Source: Setoptus koraiensis (Eukaryota > Animalia > Arthropoda). Taken from it: a DNA stretch of 64,000 nucleotides. Shown in pieces: positions 33,669 to 45,000 of this stretch. The stretch lies in assembly GCA_048013815.1 (NCBI GenBank), contig CM106586.1, positions 8,308,001-8,372,000 on the forward strand. Direction: 5' to 3'. The notes under the pieces were generated by a model. That model was not told the DNA's origin and did no database searches. It saw only the letters and a program-made list of their open reading frames with translations. A program made the translations under genes and the position numbers. Every line of letters begins with the position of its first letter. Positions within the stretch are counted from its first letter, which is position 1.

Positions 33669-35479
33669 CTGCCAGCAAACGGCTCTCCCAGGGATTAACG
33701 AGATTTTCGACTCTCAACTCTCGAATCGAGAATCTCGACAATATCGAGTGACTCGACTCGACCAGATACATATGAGATGAGGCAACATTTTGGCTCGCGA
33801 CGCACTTGCTGTCGCCCCTTGCCACAGTTTTGTGCCGGCTGGACAGCAGCACACCCACCTGTCGGCTTGTTTACCGAGCGATTGTTTGTTGGCTCGAACA
33901 AGTTGTGAAGCGACTCTGTTTGCCCGGATCAACCGGTTTGCAGGTAAACAATTGAGACGCCGATTGCAATCGGCGGGCAATCGGTAATGAGCGAGTGTCA
34001 TACCCATAATGAGTGACTCATTAGTTGCATTACATAATTGTTGATCAATTAATTGAGAGTGCACGCGCCATTATCTTGCGCCGGCCATCTCTCCATTTCT
34101 CCATTTCTCCATTGCGCAATCTCGCTATCTGGTCAGTGTGTGCCCATTATTTATCTAGTCCGACAAGTGGGCCACTCCAATGGGACGGCCAGCGCTGGCA
34201 AACGCTGGCAACGACAAGGCGATAATTGGAGTGCCCTCAGTGTTCGAGCCAGCGCTCGAGCCGGCTCTGTCTGCCGAACGCTGCTCTGTCCGCCGACAGG
34301 CGTTCCCATTGGCCAGAGTCGATCGTTTAGGGTGTATCCGCGCACTGCTATCGCGAGCATCTGCCAGAAGCGGCCAGAAGCGGCCGGAAACGGCCGCAAA
34401 GTGGGCCGCCCCCGTAAGTGCGCGCCGGCAGTGGGGTGCAATACTAGTGCAAGGTTACTTATGCAACAAGCACAACAATGCAACCACACTAACAGAGCAC
34501 ACACAAGTGTGTTACGTAACCATCCGATGGCACTGGCCGGCTGGATGGCGCCAATGTGAGCGGCAATAATGGTAACAAGTTGCACAATTATCATCGTCAT
34601 GATAGTGGCGCGCAAATTGCGCAATGTTGGCCGCTTGTGCGCGCTGTAACAATTCTTTGCCATTTCATTAATGTTGTTGCTGTTGATTCGGCTTTTTCAC
34701 GCGAATACGCCGAGCAATAGTAACGCCAAGCAATAGTGACGCCAAGCAATAGTGACGCCAAGCAATAGTAACGCCAAGCCATAATAAGCCAAGCCAAGCA
34801 AGAGAGCAGAACAACAGCGCCGACCACGACGACGAGCAGTAAATTTTGCATCGAAAAACAATTGTGTGCCTGTAATACCATTGTTGCATGTCAGCCAGCC
34901 AGCCAGCCAGCGAACCAGGTGAAACAACAACAACAACAAGATGATTAAGATCACTAAATTATAATAATGATGATGATCGGCGTGTTGTGTTGCGCCGTGG
35001 ACACAATCTTTTCGCCGGCAACAGCTTGCCGGCCTGGCAGAGCTGGCACAAATCACACACACAGAGAATCTTCTAACCATAATTATAATTATACATCAAG
35101 AGAGTTTAGTGTTGCTCGATAAGAACAAAATGTCTGACTGCGTACTTGTGCGGAGACTGCGTACTTGTGAGACTGCAGCTCGAGTGCCACGCCACTACTC
35201 CACTTGGCCACTCCATTGCAAACTCACCTGTTCGTTCGCTAACTTGATTAACTCGACTTGCTTGTGTGACTTGCCAGCCTGGCCAAGTGCTCGCTCCAAA
35301 TGCTGCCACTGCCGCCCTGGCAAATGCCACAACACCGACGGGCCGCCGCATTCGCATGCGACTCATGCGACCGGCGCGCCGGCAGCACTCTCATGCAAAT
35401 TAAAAGCACGAATATGTAAAATACTGGCGCATAGAGACAAAGAAATGCCTGCTCGCCTGCTCGTCTCCGCGCCCGTCCC

Positions 35480-35540
35480 GAGCTCTCGAGCCGCGGCCGT
35501 CTTGAGCTCTCGAGCCGCGGCCGTGCCGAGCTCTCGAGCC
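35480..35540. repeat. 24-bp tandem repeat GAGCTCTCGAGCCGCGGCCGTnnn x2.5
   Basis: Directly visible; built largely from palindromic 6-mers. Confidence 0.9.
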
Positions 35541-36824
35541 GGAGCCGCCACTGCAGCGTGGCACGATCATCATTGGCAAATGATGATTGCATGCCATTAT
35601 GCATGCATTATCTTACCTTTTAGCTACAATCGGCGAGCTAGCTCGCAACAGGTGAATAGGTCAACAGGTAGATAGGCGCGCAGATAAGCGGGCGAGATGG
35701 ACAAACGGATAAGACGGTGTGTGCTGCAGCTTGACAGCCAATGGACAGTCCATTTGCTGCCCATTCGCTCTACGTCTGCTGCCCATTGGCTGTGTGCCCG
35801 CGTTGGCCGTTCGGCCTGCTCGCCCGAACAGACTCGACGGCCAAGCTACGCCGGCCATATAATGAAATTATGGTGATGACCAATGTAAGTTGTAATTTTT
35901 CTTCGACACACACACACACTCGTCTAATTGTTGTTGTTCTTTGGCTTATCCTGCGAGTTATCTCTGAATTGTTGTCGTGCCAACTCGCTTGCCTCGCTCC
36001 ATTCAACAGTCATCAGTGGCAGCAGCGACACACAGCCAATCTGGCTGCAAAAAAGAAAGAATTCCAGTTCGTAAAATTGTGTAATGCTGTAAAACAGACG
36101 GATGGACGGCGGATTTATTTGGACATTCTTTGTGTGTGTGTGTGTGTGTGTTGTCCACTGCAGCGCCGTTGGTCTAGTTTAGTTTGGCAGCACTTGTTGT
36201 TGTTGTTGTTGTTGTCGTTGTTGTTGTTGTACCATTTACTGCAGCAGTTAACAACTACAAGTGTTGTTGCATTTTAACATGCCTGCCCCACCCATAACTC
36301 CGCTGGCAGCCTATAGTGGCCGGCCACAGATCGGCGACTGATCGGGCGGCCGCTGGTCAGCTAAACGGTGGATACGAGAGCGACGGATACGAGAGCGACG
36401 GATACGAGAGCGATGGAGATGAGAGAGAAGAGGAACAACATTGTGTTAGTGCGGCTGGCGCTGTAGCTGCAGCAGCACAATAAAATAAAACAACAACAAC
36501 AATTCTACCTGGTCTCATTGTTTGTATCGACAATGCGATGCTGGCAGTGTGGCCCAGATGGCGCCACGCGCTGTTACGTAACTGGCCGCGCTGTTGGCTA
36601 GCCCATGGTCGCCGCCGCCGTCGTCGTTTTAAACATCGGCCTGTAACTCACACTCACACGCACACACACACGCACAGGTAGTGGGCAGGTAGAGGGCATA
36701 TTTTCATGCGAGCTGTGCTGTTGTTGTTGTTGTTGACGGCTCAAAACAACCTGTTTTGTCAAGTGCGTGTTTGCAGATCTCACACAGCACAACGCAACGC
36801 AACACAACACAGCACAACACGGCA

Positions 36825-37050
36825 CAGGTGAGCTCGCTCACACAGGTGAGTCACAACAGCGCACAGGTGAGCCAACAAAGTTTAGGCGAGTGGCGCTGCT
36901 GCTGCCGCCGCTGTGAAAGTTGCTGGCTAGGTTGGCGTAGCTAAAGCCAAAGTTAACATGCCAACAGGTGAGTAGTGCTCAGGTGAGCTGCAGGTAATGC
37001 TGCCGTTGCGGCTGCTGCTGCTAAAGTTAATTTTAAATGTAAAGGTAAGT
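36825..37050 (+). promoter_or_regulatory. Homotypic cluster of CAGGTGAG x5 plus CAGGTAA and AAGGTAAGT (ZEB/Zfh1- or E2-box-like sites; also matches the 5' splice-site consensus)
   Basis: Motifs at 36825, 36843, 36864, 36965, 36980, 36991 and 37042, all in the same orientation. Function is inferred. Confidence 0.4.
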
Positions 37051-37367
37051 GCAAGTGTAAATGTAAATTTGAATTTGGTCGGTCGCGAGTCGCGACGTTC
37101 GTGTACTCCTCGCAACTCCTGCACACCAGCAACCACAGCCATGGCCAGCCGATCCAGGCAGCCGTCCAATTGCCGCGACTGCCAACTTTGGCACTCGCTC
37201 GCACTGGCACTGGACTCAGCTGGAACAAGATAGAAGGTGCACACACGCCGAAATAGCCAGAAGAGGAAGTTTGACAAGTCATGGCGATGCTACACTTGCT
37301 GTCTAGTTGCTGGCTAATGGGAACGCTGCTCGGCTAGGCTCGGCTAGGCTAGGCTTGGCTCGGCTCG

Positions 37368-37398
<31 letters not shown>

Positions 37399-38648
37399 AC
37401 GTAACAAGTCAGTCGGTGGAAATAGGATGCTGGATCGAATTTCATCCACAATGCTGCATTGCGTTGTTGTTGTTGTTGTTGTTGTTGCTGCTGTCGTTGT
37501 CGTTGTTGCTGTCGTTGTTGCTGCCGCTGTTGTTGAATGGTTTCACACAATGAGATCAACAATCGACTCTTGCTGCTATTTACTAATCCTTGAAAATTCA
37601 TGTTGTTGTTGCTGTTGTTGTTGTTGTAGTCCTCGGCATGATGTGATCATGTTGCGCAATGAATACAATGTAGTCACGATTCAATCATCTTATCCGCCGC
37701 TTCTCTCAGCCAACATCCGCGGACGGCCAGCATCGGACGACGGCCAGCATCGGACGACGGACAGCGTCGGACGGCCGGCCAGGTAGATGCACAATGCTGC
37801 TCGCTGACCATACCTGAGTCATACTGGGTGTGAGTCATGCCACACAATCGCCACATAGTTACATGATGGTGCCTGTACCAGCAAAATCTCAAATTTGTGT
37901 TTCTCTATGTGTGTGCAATTGAACCGGATCATTTCGAATCGGCAATTGTGGAGAAATTCGCAAATTGGCCACTCGAGAACCATTTCACTGTGATTCTCGG
38001 CGTGGCTGCTGCAGTCGTTGTTGTTGTTGTTGTTGTTGCTGCTGCTGCTGTTGTTGTTGCTAGGCCGAGCAAGGCCGCTGAAGGCATCGCCACGAAAATC
38101 TACAACGAATAATCACTGGATCAGCGTGATGCCAATAGCTCATGAGCAAGTCCAACAACACGAATCGCCACTCCGAGAGCCCACAAGCTCTCCGAGTCAA
38201 GCTTGCAGCCAGCCTCCGATCCATGCCTCGTGATCGTTGCAACAAGCCAGCCTAGTTGGCTAGACTCAAGCTGAGTGCAGTTGTGCCACAACCACCTTGA
38301 AAGCAATCTCGGCTTATCTCAGCGCGTCTTGCCGACCGATGGGAAATGATGATGTGATGATTAGGGCCAACAGAATCGCCCAATTATAACCCACTTGTTG
38401 TTTTGTAAATTGTTCAAAACTATACGTGGCGGCGCTTCGTAAAAGTCAATTATTGGCAGCAGATATTGCCAGTAACAACAGAGATATTCTAACAAGATGC
38501 TTAGATGTATCTTCGCCGCATCCATATGCCTATTCCAGGGCCAGATGCCAAATACAACCATAGACAATTCGGGAAATCTAGCTTTTATAGCGCATTTATC
38601 GAGAAAAAAGTACTAGCATGATTGGCGATTCTTCCCAACAATAACCTG

Positions 38649-39055
38649 TTATCCGGCCCAACGATGTTCCGTCAATGAATTGATCGATTTTTTCGAAGAG
38701 TTCCTTTTTCTTTTCTTCTCGTCGTCTGCCTTTTGAATCTCAATTCTGCGAGCAATGATAGCCAATTGATCATCGAGCCACAAGTGGTTGATGGGGGACA
38801 ATTGGATGCGATCAATTTTCTTCGGACACTTCTTCACAAAAAGAGCTCAAAAGAATGTCGACTGCTTTCGGTCTTTGCAAAGTTGAACTGTCACATTAAA
38901 CTTAAACTGAAAATCATCCCGAATCGACAACAAATTACTTAATTACGATTGAATTGTATGCAAGATACCAAGCTACACGATCGTTGCAGATGCAGAAAAA
39001 AGAGCGCTGCCATTAGCATTGATGACATGCACTTCGCTGCTGGAAACTTTCTCAT
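38649..39055 (-). CDS. Putative small secreted basic protein (101 aa), join(38947..39055,38649..38845)
   Basis: Exon 1 MRKFPAAKCMSSMLMAALFFLHLQRSCSLVSCIQFN has a signal-like core. A phase-1 intron of 101 nt (GTAATT..CATTCTTTTGAG) joins the K/R-rich frame 38649..38837. The acceptor is an uncommon GAG. Confidence 0.25.
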
Positions 39056-42000
39056 ATACTCGATTAATCATAAAGAAAATACAAATTATAATCACGCTGT
39101 TCATTGCCATTCGTCACTTGAAGCATCTCACCAGTGGTTAATGTTTTGTTTTTATTCAAATCCGATTAGATAACAACCAAAACATTCCGATCACGTAACT
39201 AACATCGATGGTATGCTACTTCCTGTTTTTCATTGCTGTTAAAACACTTTTTTCGATGTTGCCGTCTACTAATGCTAGTTTGACCTTCACGCAACTTCAT
39301 CAGACCTAGCGTCACCTAGACGAAAATTTTATCTACACAGTATGCGTTAATTAATTAGCAATACAAATATTCTGTTTCAAAGTTTAAGTCTATTCGCACA
39401 GGCCCAATAATGCAAGTTGCAATATTAGACAGACGCAATTAGTGAAAGTGTTTATTATCATTTGATACTCGTTGTTTCCTCACTCACTACCATGAATAAT
39501 TGTTCAACCACCATAAGTCACCTAACTAACGTTAAAATCAATTAAAGCCAACAAATGGGATTAGTGGTAGTCAAGTGTATCCTCTTACAATGACGATGAT
39601 CATTCGAGTCGATTTGCTCTTTTGTAACACTGTTTGTTACTGACAGATGATAATACATGTGCATGTTGGTCGAATGTCAGTGTTTCAGTCTCAACAAATA
39701 AGGAAAATTGTCTGGATTGCGTCTGGATTTATCCAAATAATCTATTTGATGATTATCATGATGCGCTTACAGATTGACGACTATGACAACTCGTTCATTA
39801 AATCATCTTTGTGATGTCTATGTCTAATCAAATTACACACAAGCGTCCAAAATTGACCAGACTGTCATGGAGAGATCGAATACAATTTTATCATCATTTT
39901 TGTTGTTACAGTTACAGTTACAGTTACACATATAAACTCATTTACAATGTATACGAATACTCGATGACTGTTGATCTGGGTTGCATAGTGCTATTTTTCG
40001 ATATCAAATTTGAGTACAGTTGCTTGCTTCAGTTATTATTATAGACAGAGTCTTGAAACTTAATACTCGTCTTTTCTCGTATCTATCAGGCATCGATCGC
40101 CGTCTTATACTAACAACGGATCGAATTGTAAAATTTAATCACTTGGAGATGCTATTTGTCGTTAAGTTTTCTCCACAGTTTTCCTTGCTTTCACTAACTG
40201 CAATTGTCAGTGCTTCCGATTATCTATTAGCCTATTTACATTGGATTATTACTATTTATAAGAAGATCAAGTATAGGTTTGATAAATGGCAATGAAACTG
40301 TCTAGACAAAGTTGGTTATTATTAATTGAAAAGCAACAGGTATTAAACTTTGTAATTGTGCCTACTATTATTGTTGATAGATTAAAGATCCGAGAGGCAA
40401 AACAATTTTTGTTTGTTACTCGACAAGCATCATAGCCAAACCCGTATATGTTAGCCCGTAGAGTGCAATTTTTTGGATGAATCCGCTGTCTACAGAAAGC
40501 CATTTTTGTGTATAATTGATGGCACTCTCATACACTCATAAAGCGAGACGATAAAAATTCAACCAATTAAATAGAGTCTCCACAGCCCATATGATAGGTC
40601 GTCATATCTGGTCGATCATTAATCATTGATTATCAGCTAGAAGAGCTGCATTAGTTAGAGTTGTTAAGGCAACCCGGGCAGCAGATTCGATTTCAATAGG
40701 ATCCCTCGCAAGTGATCAACTGTCAACTATTAGTCAGATCAATCAAAGGCAAAGTGTTGCGTCTGCTGCATTGATTATTATGGACTTTTGTCATTGCTCT
40801 TTGCCTGTCACTATACTAGACTAACTTATCATAATCACTGATGAATGATTGGGCTTTGAGTGGACTTGGAGTCTTTGTTTTGTCGGATGCAAAAACAGAA
40901 ACCAGTTCTTCAGTTGCCACCAGGACTTTAAATCTAGTCTAGAACTTTGTCCGATCGAGCCCAGCTCATATAATCGCATTTCATCTTATCTCATCTCATC
41001 ATCCGTTTGATTTGACTCAATTCAACCCAACTCGACTCAACTTGACTCAGCCCATTCGGACTATTCGCTAGTCTCAATTTGCTGCAGCCACAAACACATG
41101 TTGCCACTCGGATTGATATCGGTTAGTCATTAACTAGGAGGATATTCAAAATAAATGAGATCGCCACACATCCGTTCGGGCCAGAGTAACCATTGGCTGG
41201 CTCAGTAGATGACCCAAAATGGAATGGATGCAGCCAACACTGGCCATACTATACTGGCTAGACAGTCTGCCAGTCTAAGGAGTGCATGCTGCTACATGCA
41301 TTATGCCTGATCATTTTGGTTGGTTAGTCATCGTCATTTGGCTGTTTTGTTAAAACAACAACAGTTGAGTGACGACTACCTGTTTCATTGGACGCCAACA
41401 CATGCTGTCTGACTGACTGACAGATAGGAAACAGAACTGGACTGGCAGCCAATTGATCATGAATTATTTGATCATATGATTGTTGATCGATCAATTGAAT
41501 GAAATTGGACTCGCCGCTGCCGCCCAATTATTCCGACTGTGAGTTCATCATCCTTTTCAAAAGCAGTTGTTGTTGTTGTTTCTATCTGTTCTGTCTGCCA
41601 CTGACTTCGATGGCTTATATGACTCACATGTCCCGTCCAATGTGCTCACAGAGCGCTCGAAAATAGTAAGTAAATTCTATACAGTGCTGCTGCCTTACCT
41701 TGCCAATCTTTGCCTTGCCCTTCTTTGCCTCGCCTTCCCCAAATTCGCCTTGCCTTATTTCTCCCCGCATCGTCGTGCCCATTATTATTATCATTATATG
41801 ATGCTTTTTAGAGAACTCGAGAATAGCTTTTTTATTTCGCGTTCCCTCTAAATACTCTCAACTCGCTACTGTTATCCTGTAGATGGCGCTCTACGAATTC
41901 CTTCAGTCACTGTAGGAACGCACCTGTAACTACTCGTTGCATAATAATAGTTAGGTTGGCATGTGTGACCATCGCCAATAATATAATTTCAGACTTAATC

Positions 42001-45000
42001 CAGCATTGATATGGTCTCACGACTGTGCATCCATGTATCACTAACAGGAAATTAGAAACTTGATAGCTGAAACATATTATCAACTATAACTCCGGTTTGT
42101 TATCGCTTCAATGCCAAACAGTTCAGTAAATGTTACATAATCGAATTCCTATTTTCTTTGATTTTTCTAGAAATAGTTTCTATGGCTGTGCTCGGACACA
42201 CCAATGGCAATGGTCTGAAATGAGTTTCGTTAGTCTCACCTCTCTCATTACTCAAACAAATGTTGGACTCTTCCTTCCTCCATCTATGGTTTTGCCTCAA
42301 TTCAAACTATGTGCAATGCTCTTGTGTCTTCACTGCCACAGCAAGAATCATTCACGGAATTGCGCTACAGTGATTCGATCTGTGATTCATTGGTCGCCAT
42401 TAATCAGTGGCGACCGTATCAGCAATCATAAATCTCATGTTATGTAACTCACAGAATATATACAATGTTGATGCTGCAACCAATAATAACAATCAATCAA
42501 TGCAATCGTGCGAATACTCTCAACTTGCTGTCTACGAACATGTCAGCTAGCACTGAACATAAAATCTGTTGAGCCTTGTTAGTTTTATAAGTCATAAAAG
42601 ATTCCACCTTAGCTGTCAATTGGTCAACAATTTATGTCACGTTTGTCGCAAATTGAATACTATTGTGTGATCAGTGCGACCATCGAGCATCATATTTGAT
42701 TCGGCAATCATCTCGGCCGATTTCAACTAACGTCTCATCTACAGTCAGTGAGCTTACTCTGGACCTATGGTCTTTTTGGCCATTTTTTTACCACAGCGAG
42801 AGAACAATTAGCTCTACTTTTTGATAACTATAATAATAGAATCCCATTGTGCTGACATTTGATGTTTCCATCAACATACCGATATATGATGATCGAAATT
42901 CATCCAGAATTCCAACATGGGATCAGACTTATTGTTGTGTATCCAATGATTAAAATTACACGAAGTCAATCGAGCCGTCAGGTGAAGTCCCTTACCTGTT
43001 ACTCGGATTGTCTCTTAGGCCAAAAGACTTGGCTCCTTCGATTGCTGATTGATCCGACTGCAATCATCAATCAAAATTCACAATTCGTTTATTAACTAAT
43101 CAAAGGTTGTAAACTATGATCATAAAGGCAGTGCATGGTGAATATCTTGTCATAGCCATCTTACATTTGGCGATTTTTTCCTTTTTTCCTTCAAACATCG
43201 AGACAACAATCCTGGCGTGTTATAATAAGTATAGTGTGACAGTTTTAAGAATCGAGTGTGAATAGTAATAAAGACAACGCCAGGTTTAGGTTAGATAAGA
43301 TCATCAAATGTATTTTCAGTTGCGCCTTTTCTGAAGCTAAAGCCTTGTCTCGCATGTAGCTTGATTTCAATAATAAAAAAAGAAGAGTGTGACTCCACTT
43401 TGTTGGGCTGGTATTAATACAACTACCATCCAAGATAATCATCAACATCTCGAGTCTGATTGCCCGATTGCAGCGGGCAATTTGATAGCATGTGAAGCAA
43501 ATAATCGTTGTTTATTTGAGGTATTTACATCTCTTTGTTGTAGTTGTTTAGAACAGTGTTAAGGGGAACACCAAATTTGTTCTGTTCAGCAATAGCAACA
43601 ACTCTAACCAGTCGGAGCTTAGTAGATAGTAGGGATTGTGCTTGGCAATGATGAAGAAATTGAGATTGATTATTTGTAGGAAATTCTAGTTATTCAGCAA
43701 CAACAACTGCAATAAACTTACTTGTTAGTTCGGTGTAAGGGTGTGCGTGCGCTTGTTGTTATAAGAGCCTTGAATATACAAGTGTTGCTAAATAGGATTA
43801 AATACATCAAATCACGATTAATCTCGGCTCCACTAATGACCGTCCACTGTACGACCACCAAAAAAAAGGAGAAGAAGAAAAAAAAAATTATGATTAACAA
43901 TAAATAATAATAGGATTGGGCACTGGGTCCTTAGCTAGGCCTTGTTGGGGCAGGTATGCTAAGCAGGCGACACGGCATCATTAATGGCGATAATAAATAA
44001 TATTGAATAATAATAGTATTGTTCTAATGTTTTCTATTCTATTCTGTTGTCATTGTTGTCGTTTTTGTTGTTGGATTGTTGACGTTCCCCTGCCGAAGAC
44101 AATGAATATGTTTTCTGTTTGCTGCGTTCGTCGAATCCTTATGGACCAAAACTTGATCACGAACCTCTCCAATACTAAATGAAGTTCCCATTCGACTAAT
44201 GGTCGTTTGTCTCGTTTTGAATTCGTTCGAACATCACAGGTATTGATATCTATTGGAATCTGATCACAATCTCGAAAATTATAAGACTCGAAGACAGGGA
44301 TCTCGCATGCACAAAACCTCGAATTGCCATAGACGACGCTGTCGTGTTGGTCCGTCAGCCAGTTGAATGTGCCTTGTTAGATGGTTGGTTGGTATTTACA
44401 TCTCGCCAGAGACTTTTTAGTTTTTGTGGTTGGTCCGACATTCGAGACTTTACTCATCCGAAATTTTATACATTCCAGATTGTGCACTTTCAAGATTTTG
44501 GGCAAGTCCCTTACCCATTGGAAGTAATTTAAATTTGGTGTGGTGTTGTGTGCAATGGGAAATTAAAAAATATTCATTTGCTTTCGAGAATAACAAATGA
44601 TTGCAATCAATCAATTGCGAGACAAATGGTCACAATCACGAGAGGATAGCGTGAGCCTAGATCAGTGAGATTCTACAGTATTTTCTATAAGCGACAACTG
44701 CCCAGTTTGCGCGCATGTAACAACGAACGACCCAGGAAGTGATAAAAGGGCGAAATAACCTAATCACCAGCAATGCACTGCGCAATTAGCGCTCACTCTG
44801 TCTTTCTGTGCCCCCCCCCCCTTCCTGCTCTGGTCTGGTTTACTCGATGTTGTAAGTGAGATGGGGCAAAAAAACACACCACGCTGTCCTATATTGTTTG
44901 TCCCTGGCGAACGCGCTAGTGAACGTGCTTGTGCATTGTTCAACGGTCATGTGCATGCCTCGTCCCCTGACGCATTCCCCGGGGTGCCTGCCGTCTCCCG

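Noticed and set aside
42392-42415. Perfect 8-bp hairpin GGTCGCCA/TGGCGACC
   Set aside because: Too short, and the flanks pair poorly. Expected occasionally by chance.
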